Source: Vicugna vicugna (taxonomy: Eukaryota). From it: a stretch of DNA of 64,000 nt. The translations under genes and the position numbers were made by a program. The stretch spans positions 7,207,779 to 7,271,778 of the forward strand of contig MU058198.1 in assembly GCA_013265495.1 (NCBI GenBank), written 5' to 3'. Positions within the stretch are counted from its first letter, which is position 1. Every line of letters starts with the position of its first letter. Below are positions 1 to 11,380 of the stretch, in pieces. The notes under the pieces were generated by a model. That model saw only the letters and a program-made list of their open reading frames with translations. It was not told where the DNA came from and did not search any database.

Positions 1-1039
1 CAGGATTCGATACAGGTCCTGTTGCCTATGGATATTGAGAAAGACCATGAAGGCAATCACAGGAGTTGGGAGCTCTCTGCCCCAAATAAATCCACCCCCA
101 CCAACCACATCAAGAGCTGCCCTATGATCGTGTTCCAGATCAACCTCACACCTTGACCATCACACCACACACCTCCATCCAGCTTCCTAATCCTGCCTAT
201 CAAGTTTAAGCCAAAGACTCAGACTATAATCTAAGCTTTATTCCAGGCTCCAGCCTTCCACCCTTGCCTGTACACCCACATGCTCCCTACCCATTCCCCA
301 GCACAGACTGTGCTCTCTCTCCATCTGCCACCATCCTATAAACCCTCAAGGTCACCTTCTTCAGGAAGCTTTCAACAGCGCAGCACCAGCCTGCCTCCAG
401 CACTGTCTGAATGTTTTTACCACCCCAGAGCAGGAGCTCCCCCAGGGAATGGCCTGCCTTATCTGTCTCACTGGATTTCATCAGTTCCCCCAGGGCAGGG
501 CCCTGGTTCTTGGTGAAGGCTTGGGAAACCAGCTATGCCTCAGACCTTTCTCTTGTCTCTGTATCCAAAATAAACTGCCCTAGACCTCTTCCTCTTCCTT
601 GAGGGTGCCCCACTGCTGTGCATGGAAATTCCATCCACTCAGCCCCATGTCAGAAAACCGAGAGCCTTCCATCACTCCCCACAGCTAATCAAGTGTTATC
701 AACACCACATTCTGAATTTCATTCATCTCTATTTCCTATCTCCACCTCCCAGCCAGTGAGCAGCTCAGACCTTCATCTCTTACCCAGGAAAATGTAATAA
801 CATCCCAAATCCTCTCCCTGCCTCCAGTCACCCACTCATGACCACTGCTTACAATAGTGTTTCCCAAAATTGTCATTGAAGTGTGATCTTCATTTGTGGT
901 ATATCTGCATGCCACCCCTACTATTATCTACTTAATTTTTTTTTCCAGTCTGCAATAGCATCCTTGAAATGACAGGTTTGATATACTAGTTATCTTACCT
1001 AATGCATATTAAAATAAACATGTAACTTCCCATGCTACA

Positions 1040-2530
1040 TTCACCTACCAGATTGTGCCACCGCCTTCTCCCCTGTTGCTGTGGGTGAACTATCTGTGAT
1101 CCTGGCCAACCACAGCCTTTCCACTTGGGCACTGCGTCCCATCTCCTAACCTACACAGGCCATCCCTCCAGCAACCTTCCCATCACTCGTGTATCATCAA
1201 TTTTTCTCAACATACTAGATTGTTCCTGTTGGCATACCAACATCTGTCATTTCCTCCAGCTTAAAAAACAAAAAACAAAAACCTCCCTTTATCCTATTTC
1301 CCCTCCAAATATCACACCATTTCTTTCCTACCTATTCAGTAAAAAAAAACCCAGAGTACAGACCTGCTATCTTCAATTTCTTTCCTTCCATTGTTCAATC
1401 AGGTTTCAACCCACTGCTCCACACAAAACTGCTTTTATCAAGGTCACCAATGACCTTCACATTCCTAAATCTAGAGATCGATTTGCAGACTTGACTTTAC
1501 TTGACCCATCAGCAACATCTACAGCTGATCCTGAAACCACTCTTGACTTTGCTTCTAGGAATCATACTCTCCTGGTTCTCCTTATACCTCACCAGCTTCT
1601 CCTGCCAGTCCTTCTCCTTTACTGGTTCTTTCTCATCTTCCCCTTCTTGAAATGTTGGAGCTACAGGGTTCAATCTTTGAACAGCTTCCTTTCATAGCTA
1701 TACCTGCTGCCTTAATGACCTCATCCAGACCGACGGGGGAGATTTAGTCCCACGTAAAGGCTGACAACTTTAAATTTCGAAATTATTTCCAGTTTAAACC
1801 TCTAACCGAAATCCAAACTTATATAATACTGGACATCCAGTTTACTTGGCATCTCCATCTGTATGTCCAAGAAGTATTTCAAACTTCACATTCCAAAAAT
1901 GAGCTCCTGATAACATCCTCAAATCTACTTTCCCCCCAGTTTTCCCCATCCATATCAGTATATTGCAACTCCATTCTTCTAGTTTTCTAAGAAAAATGTT
2001 GAAAAACATTTAGAGTCTTCCGTAACTACTCTCACACACACTCCAGGTCTAATCCACTGGCAAATCCTTTAGGCTCTACCTTCAAAATATATCCAGACTC
2101 CAACCACTTCTCCCCATCACCCCACTGCTATCATCCTGGTCTGTCTGTCATCGTCTCTCTCCTGGATTATGAAAACAGTCTCCTAACTGGTCTCTCTGCT
2201 TCTACCCTTGTCTCCTATGGTCTGTCCTCAGCACAGCAGCCAGAATGATCCTTTTAAAACACAAGTCAGATCAAGTCACTTGTAACCCCATCTCTAGTCA
2301 CATTCTCTATCCCCCTTTCTTGCTTTAAACTCTTCCTTAATATTTACCATCACTGTACATACAACATACTTTCCTTCTTTATCTTACCTACTGTCTATCA
2401 CTACTAACTATAATAAGCCCCCTGAGGGCAGGAGTTTTTGTCTTTTGCTCACCGCTATCGTCTGTGACTAAAACAGGACCTGGCTGATAGCAGGTGCTTG
2501 ATAAATATCTGCTGAAAGGGTGAACTTATT
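1040..2530. mobile_element. Ancient L2 LINE fragments (approximate limits)
   Basis: L2 hallmarks: AAGGTCACCAATGACCTTCAC, CTCTACCTTCAAAATATATCCAGA, AGTCTCCTAACTGGTCT, CAGCCAGAATGATC, GTGCTTGATAAATAT. Confidence 0.65.
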
Positions 2531-3041
2531 GATTAAAAAAAAAGTCCATCCACATGCTCCCTCAAGCTGAGAACCACCTAAAAACATCTTGCACACAGCT
2601 AGGGAGCAGTATAGAGACTTCCTGAGGAAGCCTGGCATACAGAACAAAACTCAAGGCTCTTGGCAGAACATTTAAGGGCCTTGGTGATCTGGCCCTAAAC
2701 TGTTTTTCCAGCCTCAGCTCTACCCAACTCCACTGCCCAGACACAGCTTACATAACCCTTAAGCCAGGAAAAACCTGGCTCCCATCTACCCTTCCAAACC
2801 CAGCTCAAATGCAGCCTCTTCAATGAACCTGTGATGTGGCTCCCCATCCCCTCACCAGCACCTCCCCCTCATCACTCTGAGTCAGAGCCTCCCTCCTAGG
2901 ACATTTCCTTCAATATGGCTTGACACACAATCCATTAAGGACCATTCCTGTGGAAGTCCTAGAAGGCTTTCAACCCAGCCCCTATATCTACCTGGAGCTC
3001 TCAACAAATGTTTGCTGACTGACTCAGTCAGGTCACCTTAC

Positions 3042-6000
3042 CCATGTCCGCCTCGAGCAGCAAACATCTCGTGGAAAGGGAACTGGCGGTGCAAGTCCTT
3101 CTCAATCACATCCAGCCACTTGGGGTCCCCAGGAGCCCGTTCCAGCTCCTGCAGAGGGACAGCAGCGATTATCTCCAATCTGGAGGAACTAATGACACTC
3201 TTCACACAGACAATGTCACAGGTCCCCACACCCTGGAGCTGTGCACACCTCAAATTTGCCTGGGTTCTGCTCCAGGAGTTCCTTGCTGTTGGACAGGTAC
3301 TGCCAGGCTTTGGCTCTGAGAGAGGAGGGGATCCCCTTCCGGCAGCGCAGCTTCACCTACGCAGAGTCCATGCAGGGGAACAGCCTCAGTGGCGGGCACA
3401 GCCTCCAAGCTTTCCCCAGCAGTCCTCAGGCTCCCTGGGACACCCATCCCACATCCCATGGGCTTAACACCATTGGACCTGGCCTGGCCTTCTGTCTTTA
3501 GCTACTCTTCCCCCCAAGCCCAAGTACCACCTACCCCCAACATGGTCCAGACAGCAGAAACTATCAGGTTCCTGGGCTTCTCCAGAGCACACAGGCCCCC
3601 CTGCCCCCCCACACCCTCTGTGTCCATTGCCCTGCCCACCACTCAGCCTTCTCAAACCTTCTGGAAACGCCGTGACAGCCACTTATCCCAGTTACTGAAC
3701 ATCTCCAGCCATTTGAGCTCCCGCTGCCGAGCCACATCCACAGGAATAGAGCTCTCTCTGAGGACATGAGGAGTATGGAAGGGGTCAGTAGTATAAAACC
3801 TGGCTTTCTAGGGGAACTGAGGCAAGCCACCTCCCCAAGTTCAAATGAGAGACCAGAACATAAAAGCATTTTGTGAGCTACCAATACCAAACAGCAGGAT
3901 GTCTGGCCACTTGGCCATCCAAGGCCCTAATTCACCATACTGGAAGAAATTCCCTTTGGAAGGAATCTCTGAACAGAGATCGTGTTCTCATGTTGGATCT
4001 CTATACAGAGACTGTGTTCAAATCCCACTTCTGACACATACAAGTTTGGGAAGAGAGTATGGAATATTTAAAAGCTACATTCTGCAGTAGACCTGGATCC
4101 AAGTTCTAGCTTTACTATTTATTCACTGTGTGGCCTTGGGCAAGTCACTAAATTCCTCTAAGCCTCAATTTCCTCATTTGTAAGATGCAGAGAAAAACAA
4201 TATCTACCTAAGAGATTATATGAAATAACACAAAACAGGGACACAGTTAAGTGACAGCAATTATTATCCATAAAATAAAATAAAGAACAAATACACTTCC
4301 CTGTCTCCTTAGAAGCAACTGTGTGAGTTTCCTTCTACCAGACTCTAGAGAGCCTTTGGACCATCTGCAATTTCCTCTACCTCCTCCTCCCTGAAATCAC
4401 CCCAGATTACCAAACAAAGGAAGCTTTCCTTGCACTGTTCGCTCACTGTTCTGTCAGAGCTTCACACTCAAGATACCCCATCAGTCCTGAAACAGTTACT
4501 TGTGGGAGCCAGTACCAGGAAGTGAGTGGAGTGGAAGAAAGAGCTTGGGTGTCCAGACAGACTTGAGCTCAAATCCCAGTTCTGTTCCTTAGAAGTTGGG
4601 GAGTCTTGGCAAGTGATAACCTAATTCTCTTCCCTCTCTGTAAAAAGGAATGCCACCACTTACATCACAAAGTTATGAGAGGACTATTGAGAAACTGCAT
4701 ATAAAGGACTGTTAAATGGGAGGTTTAATGTTAGTTTCTCTGGTCCTAGAAGCTCCTTAAACAGAAAGATCATTTCTCATTAATCTCTATCATAAGTCAA
4801 TTTCAAACTCTACTAAAGGCCAGGAAGAGTAAGATACCTTTCCCGCCCTTAAAAGTCCACAAGCTAGCAGGGAAGATAACTGCAGTATGGTGAGGGAAAT
4901 GCAATGACAAGGATGCACAGAAAAGGCACTAATTGCAGTAGGGGCAATGGATATCAGGGAAAGCTTCCTGGAGGAAGGAACATCTGCGGTAAGCCATGGA
5001 GGAGAGTAGAACATATCAGGAAAAGATAGAGAGAAGGGCATTTCTGGCTGATGGTACAGCCTGAGTATAAAGGGGAAAAGACTTCAATCACTTCAAAAGG
5101 ATCACAGCACATGGTGAGAAGTGGAAAAGAAGACCTGAGAGGCTGGCAGGGCCAGATAATAGGAGCCTGTGTTCAGGCTAAAGCACTTGGATTTTATCTG
5201 GTGGACGGTAGCCACTAAAAGGTTTTAAGGTAACGTGTGCCACAGTCAGCCTTGCCTCAGAAGTAGATTCTGTCAGCATGGAAGATGGATTTTTAAAGGG
5301 ACAAAATCACAAAACAGAATCAGCACCCAGCACAGTGCCTGGTACACAAGAGGGGCTCACTAAAATCCAATTCGATCCAAGTTCCTTAGGGCAGCATAGT
5401 ATTAAGGAGAGTACTGTTGGTCACAGAGGTCAAAATTATTTGAGTGGGGCAATTCACTCAGTTGCTCTAATCCTGTTTCTTCACCTATTAATTTGGCACA
5501 ATAATGCATCCATCATGCATGGGAAAGCACCAGAGTCAAACTTCAGTTGCCCACCCCATACAGGGCTGTGAATATTGGTGCTCAAAGATTTTACGATTTT
5601 TTGGTTGTATTATAAACCCTGCCTAGAATATCCTCCCACAGGGCTTCCCCCAACACCAGGCAGGTCCCCCTGATCGCAACACGCAGAGCCATGACTAAAT
5701 CCTACTCATTCTTCAGATTCATCAGCTCAGTTGAATTCCCAGACTGGGCAAGATTCCTTCCCTAGGTGTTCACAAAACCCTGTGATGATCTCTAGGCTAA
5801 ATGTAACATATTATATTGAAACCAACTGTTTAAGTATTTGTCTCTCCCTCTAGATGATGAGCACCGTGAAACTATTCTATCCTTAGTACTCAGCACAGGG
5901 CCTGGCACTGGGGTTCTCAGGTGATGCTGTTAAAGGGGTACAGGAACAATGGGCAGGATCCAAAAAGAGAGAAGGAAGAAGCTAGAAGCAATCACACCCC

Positions 6001-7657
6001 CACCTTAGGAGTGACTCAGGCCCCTGGAGGGAACTAGGAAAGAGTAAGCCAGGCTGAGGAGATGAGGAAATGGGGAAGAGGCCTCCCCCACCTCCTTTCC
6101 TTCAATGAAAACACAAGACTGCCTTTCTCTGTTTCACAGAGGGGCCTTGCCTTCAGAGTGTCCCCTCCATCCAGACATCCCCATCTCACCACCCTATCAG
6201 ACCAAGGGTTATGGGGAAGAGAAGGTGCCTCCATCCCTCCACACTTTCCCCCTAAGGCACCAAAGATCTCCACCAGAACCCCTGTCCAGCCAGCCCTCCA
6301 GAATATCTGGCCTGTGGCTGGAGTTGCCCATTGAAGAGCTGGGATACCTAAGATATCATCTCATTCAACCTTTCACCTCATAGAGGAGGACAGTGAGGCA
6401 GGGAAATGAGGAAGACACTAAGTCAAGGGCACACAACGCACCAAAAGCTTAAGCAAGGCTTAGGCTCAGATCCAGAACTCCAGACACCTGGTCTGAAACC
6501 CTAACACGCCAGTTCCAAAGAAACCTCAGGATGCTCTAGGCAAGACAGATTGCTAAGAAGCCCACTCCCACTAATCACCCCCTGGATCCTCAGAAGAGGA
6601 TAGGCTGCCAGAATATGGGCAAGGTGTATCATTTCCTCCTCCCCCAACCTCTGCTTCCCTGAAGCAGTCCTACTGGGTGCCCACTGGGTACTCACAGGCT
6701 GCCGGAATACTGGCTGCCCCCCAGGAAGCCATACTTGTCCGTCTTGCGCAGAGCCAGCCCATTTATCTCTGAGTCTGAGCCCATGGAGCTCACATCATCC
6801 GCCAAGGACTCTAAGGTCCCAGACATGAGGCTCACGGAGTCCAAGTAGCTCAGAGTGTCTGGGGCCTGCCCTCGAGGCCCAGAGATGCCAGGTCCCAGGC
6901 TGGACGTGGAGCCTAGGTCCTGAGAGTTTTCAGCAGGCTCTGGAGCTGGGGTCACGGTCACGACAGCTACCAGAGCCTCACATGTCCCTGGAGGGCCTGT
7001 TCCAGGCCCTGAGGGGTCCTCTGGAGCCTGTTCTGTTGATGCTGATGTTGCTGCTGCAGCTCCATGTCCACTTGTCACCTGTCCTGCTGTCACTGCTGCA
7101 ACCCGTGAAGTCACTCCTGAGGCCACTATGGTTCCCGACTTGGGGGCAAGCGGGGGTTTGGCGGTCAGGGCCCCAGGAGCCGTTCTGGAATAGGTCCTGG
7201 TGGGGTTCCCGGTAAGGGTACCTGGTCCAGGCGCGGGTGAGATTCCGGCCTCCTCCGTCTTTGGAGAGTCTGCCCCTGGCGCCAGAGCCTTAGACATCTC
7301 GGCTCCTGCCACAGCCTGGGGCGCCAAGGGCTCTGGGCCGGAGACCTGCGCCTTCGGGGCTTCGGGTGAGGCCTCCAGAGTCAGCACCACCACCGTGCTG
7401 CCTGTGACCGTCGGACCCGAGGCCGAGACCGAGGCCGAGGCCGAGGCCGAGGTCTGGGTTGGACCCGGTCCCCATGCGGGCAGCGCCTCCCCGGGGGCAA
7501 CCAGAGTGACCGGGGCCGAAATGGCCGTGGTCACTGGCGGCCCCGGAGCCACCACCACGACGGACCCAGCTCGGGAGCTGCGCGGCGGCGGCGAAGGGGC
7601 CGCGGGGGCGCCATGACGGCGCGGCGGGGCCACCAGAGGCGCCGGGCCGGTCTCCAT
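3042..7657 (-). CDS. TBC1D10B: TBC1 domain family member 10B (Rab GAP), 5' part; remaining exons lie left of the window
   Basis: Coding exons 7657-6696, 3757-3658, 3356-3249 and 3148-3042, all GT-AG and in phase. They give [12 protein letters not shown]...[69 protein letters not shown].../[26 protein letters not shown], containing the TBC IxxDxxR motif. Confidence 0.95.
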
Positions 7658-8800
7658 GGCCGCGGGCCGCCCCTCACATCCCCCCGCCGGGGCGGCCGCA
7701 AGAGGCGCCGCCCCTCAGGCCGCTCCGCGCCGCCAGCCGAGAAAGGGGAGAGGGCGAAGGGCGCGGCCCGGCGCGCGCTGGGGTCAGGGGCGGCGCGCGG
7801 GCAGCTGCCAAGCGCGCGGAGGCGGGGCAGGGGCCCGGGGATGCCAGGCGTCGGGGTCTCCCTCTCGCTTTCTCACCCGTCTCGATCTCTCGCCGCCGCC
7901 CCCTCCCTCCCGCTTCGGGCGAGCAGCCGACCTCGCGCCTGCGCATACGCCCCGGTGCCGGCCAAGCGGCCAGCGTTTCGGCGTTCCACGCCTGCGCGCG
8001 GGCGGTCCCATCGCGCTCCTTTTTCTTCCCGCCTCGTCAGAGGGCTCGGACGAATAATAGGAGAGAGGGAACCGGGTTTCTGCCAATCGTTGGAAGGGTG
8101 GGTGGGGTTGGAGGTGGGAAGGGGGTGGGTAATTTAGGAAGAGGAAACGGAGAAGGCGGAGGGCTATAAAAGCCAATGAGAGGGCGCGTGAAGGCAGGAG
8201 GAGGTGGAACGAAGGAAGTAACTAATAGCAAAGCGGGAAGCTTAACCTCCTGGCCAATAAAGATGGCTGAATAGTGAATGATGGCGGAAGGAGGCGGGTG
8301 CTGTGCGAGGAGAGGCAGGGCTGGCTCATAGGAATAATTAAAAGAGAGCCAATGAAAAGGGAAGTAGGCGGAGGTCAAATTGACAGACAGTAATGTCTAT
8401 TTAGGCAATGACAGACAGTATCCGCAGTCAATAGGAGCTGAGGAATTGAGGAATTCTTTAAGTCTCCCAAGAAGGTCAGGAAGAAATGACAGCTGAGGGG
8501 GGCGGGGGGCCAGGGCAAATTTGCGATTAATGTGCCTCAGTAGCCAATAAGCTCATTCTCTCACTTCAGCAACGGGAGGAAGATAGACAGCTGTATCAGC
8601 CAATGGCAGCCTCCAAAGGGTAGGGGCGCTGCCAGCAGGCGGTGCCAGCTCAGGGATATCTGTGACAATCCGAGACAAGCGCGGGAGAGGGGTGACAGTT
8701 GGGGACAGCGCGGAGAGAGGGCGGGGGCCGGGAGCATTGGTGTATTCCTTAGCCAATAAGAGCTCCGCGCTGCCCTGCCTGAGTCCTTTCTTGGTCCCCA
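7400..8800 (-). promoter_or_regulatory. TBC1D10B CpG-island promoter with NRF1-like motif and CCAAT-box array
   Basis: CpG-dense sequence around the ATG. GCGCCTGCGCA at ~7935. CCAAT at 8083, 8173, 8254, 8349, 8544, 8600 and 8753. Confidence 0.8.
7416..7452. repeat. Coding hexamer repeat (GGCCGA)n encoding a Ser-Ala dipeptide tract in TBC1D10B
   Basis: CCGAGGCCGAGACCGAGGCCGAGGCCGAGGCCGAGG, translating to [11 protein letters not shown]. Confidence 0.75.
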
Positions 8801-9703
8801 TTCTCCATTCAACTCCCAAGCCCACCACAGATCCAGTGCCCGGATAAAGTACTCTCGACCTCCACTCTGTCTCTAAGTCTCAGCCTGGTCCGCAACCAAC
8901 CCCAGCACTCCAAGCCCAGGCGACTATAACCAGAGCCCTAAAATCCTTTAAGCTACTCATCTCTCTGGATCCGCCATCTCCTGCAGGAATCCCAAACCCC
9001 AAGTCCCTCTCTTCAGCCCCAACTATCTGAGCTCCTCCCCAGAATCTGGGCTACAATTCCTGGGACTTCGTCCTCTGAGTGGCCCACCTCCCCTATTCTA
9101 CTGGGGTCCCAGACCACAAACCATGAATTCCCAATACCATGAACTCCCATATCTGTGTTCTTATTCTTTGGGGGATCCAGGGCCCGTCCCATCACCTACT
9201 TCCCTGTCATTGACACACCTCTCTGTGCTCTTCATTCTCTGCTAAAAAACAAACAAACAAACAAAAAAACAGACCCCAATCTCATCAGCCACCCTCCTCC
9301 AGAGGCTACCCTAGACCACAAACACAAAGCCCTGACTTTACCAGCCCCTCCTGTCTCTGGTCCCCAGTCCCTGGAGCCCCAGGATTCAAGATTCAGCCTC
9401 AGGAGAGCTTCAGTTTCCATACAAAGTCCACCATCCTGAAATTTCAGTCAAGCCTAGCTCCCAGCTTCCCAGTTTCTTGGTTTCTGAGTTCTTTGAGGCG
9501 CCGCACTCTAAGCTCAGACTCAGATCCTGTGAACTCCAGCGTCTGAGATATGTTGCTTCTGATCTCCTTCTCCTCAACTTCCTCACCTTCCATTTGGCTC
9601 CAGCTTCCTGAGCACTTCCCCCATTACCTTCTTTGGAGTTCTCCTCCCCTCCCAGAACCCAGCAATAAGTGGGCTCCTCCCTGAGCCTGGACCCCCATGG
9701 TAA

Positions 9704-9814
9704 CCATATAAGGTTAGGCAGCTGTCAGCTAAGGCAGGGAGGGGCAGTTCAGGAGGCCAAGGGCAGCTGCTAAGTTTAGGGTGGCTCCTTCTCTCTTCTT
9801 AGAGACAACAGGTG
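9704..9814. promoter_or_regulatory. Candidate skeletal-muscle enhancer (CArG + E-boxes + MEF2-like)
   Basis: CCATATAAGG at 9704-9713, CAGCTG at 9719 and 9764, CTAAGTTTAG at 9770-9779, CAGGTG at 9809. Lies ~1.6 kb upstream of MYL11. Confidence 0.7.
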
Positions 9815-11169
9815 CCTGGACCCCAGTGCCCAGAAAAGAACATGTCTTAGAGGCATTGGCATGAGGCTGGAGGAGGGGGAGGGAAGGAGGCAACTTCCTC
9901 AGGACATCAGGTCCTAGAGGCAGCAGGAGGAGGAGGAGATGAATGTCCGTGCCAAACCTGGGGCTTCCTCAGCCACTGTTTCCCCAGACCTCCACTGAAT
10001 GGAATGGACTGGGACACTGAGGCCCAGATGGGTGGGAAAGGGTACCTCAAAGTCACACAATCAACCTAGCTAGTTCTTGCCCAGATTGGAGAGAGAAGCC
10101 ATTGGCCCATCCCAGCCACCCAGGAGGAGGTGACCAATTAGTTTCTCTCTTGGTGTCTTTGACTCTCCTAAGAGTTCCAGCTTTCACACTGGTATCCAAA
10201 AAAGTGATTATAGACTCTCACTAGACCATGTCCTTCTCCTGTTTCAAACTTTTTCAAGGCTTCCAGGGCCTCAGCCTGGCACTGAAGACCCTCCTGTGTC
10301 TGACCCCCTGGTATCCTCTGCTCAAGCCCAACACAATTCTGGTGAGCTAAACACTCCTGATCTTTCACGCTTCCAGGCCTTTGCCCATCTGTGCCCTCTG
10401 CTTAGCATGCCTGCTCCTCCACTTTCACCTGACTCACTTCTACTGGCCTCCATAAATCCATTCCCATACTCCTGGATAGGGCTGCTATGCCCTCTACTTC
10501 TGTACTCCTGTCCAGCTGGTGTGTCATTTCCACGGCTAGACTGTAAGTACCACCAAGGCAGGGCCTGAATATTAATTATAATGATTATACTTCACTAACT
10601 GTTTTGAAATAGCGTTCACATCCACAAGTTCGGGGGTGGGATGGGAATTATGTCCCCATTTTATAGAGGGGGAAACAAAGACCCAGGAAGTTGAAGCAAA
10701 AAGCCCAAGATCCCAGAGCAGGCTCTCTGCTCCAGGCTGTCTAGTCTCTTCGTACCTAGTGACTCCATGCTCCAAATATATCCTTATAAAATCCCCCCTC
10801 TCCTTGAAGGGGATGTAGAAGAACTTTCTGATCCTTCAGCTTCCCCAGATGGATCCCTCCCACCTTTAAACTCTACCCCTACACCTACATATACCTACAC
10901 TTGACTATGAACTCCACAATGGGGTAGGGAGATTATATTTGCCAAAGTGCACCCACAAATCACAGCCCAGAGCCTAAATGCTCAATAAATTTACTGGGTT
11001 TTAATCTGGGCCCACCCCACTCATCTCTTTCCTAGTACTGTGCCTTAGCCTGGACCCTCTCCGAACTTTGGTACATTCCAGTCCCCTTCAGGAAGAAAGA
11101 ATATCCCTTCCTGCCCAAGTCCTAGTGAGACATGCATCCCAAGACCCACTCCCTCCTCCCTCCCTCCCT

Positions 11170-11301
11170 GAGCTCCAGCTGCTGCGGGCCCTCCAAGAAA
11201 GGAGAGGCCCTGAGCTGGGCTATTTTGGTACTTGGGGTGGGCACCCACAGGGCTAAGGTTACCCTGGTATGTTAAGGGCTCCCTGGGGCAGGACTATATA
11301 A
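11170..11301 (+). promoter_or_regulatory. MYL11 proximal promoter with TATA box
   Basis: TATATAA at 11295-11301, E-box CAGCTG at 11176, and an AT-rich CTATTTTGG at ~11220, upstream of ATG 11381. Confidence 0.7.
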
Positions 11302-11380
11302 CTCCAGAGGGACCGCCCCAGGCTGTCTCTCTGCTCCTTTCCAGCCAGAGCCACTGTCTTGCCCCCAGGAGACCTAAAAC

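Noticed and set aside
1125..1697. 190-aa ORF
   Set aside because: Non-ATG start, lies in degenerate L2 sequence within a TBC1D10B intron, and has no recognisable domain.
7613..8378. ORFs upstream of TBC1D10B
   Set aside because: CpG-island artefacts with no coding signature.
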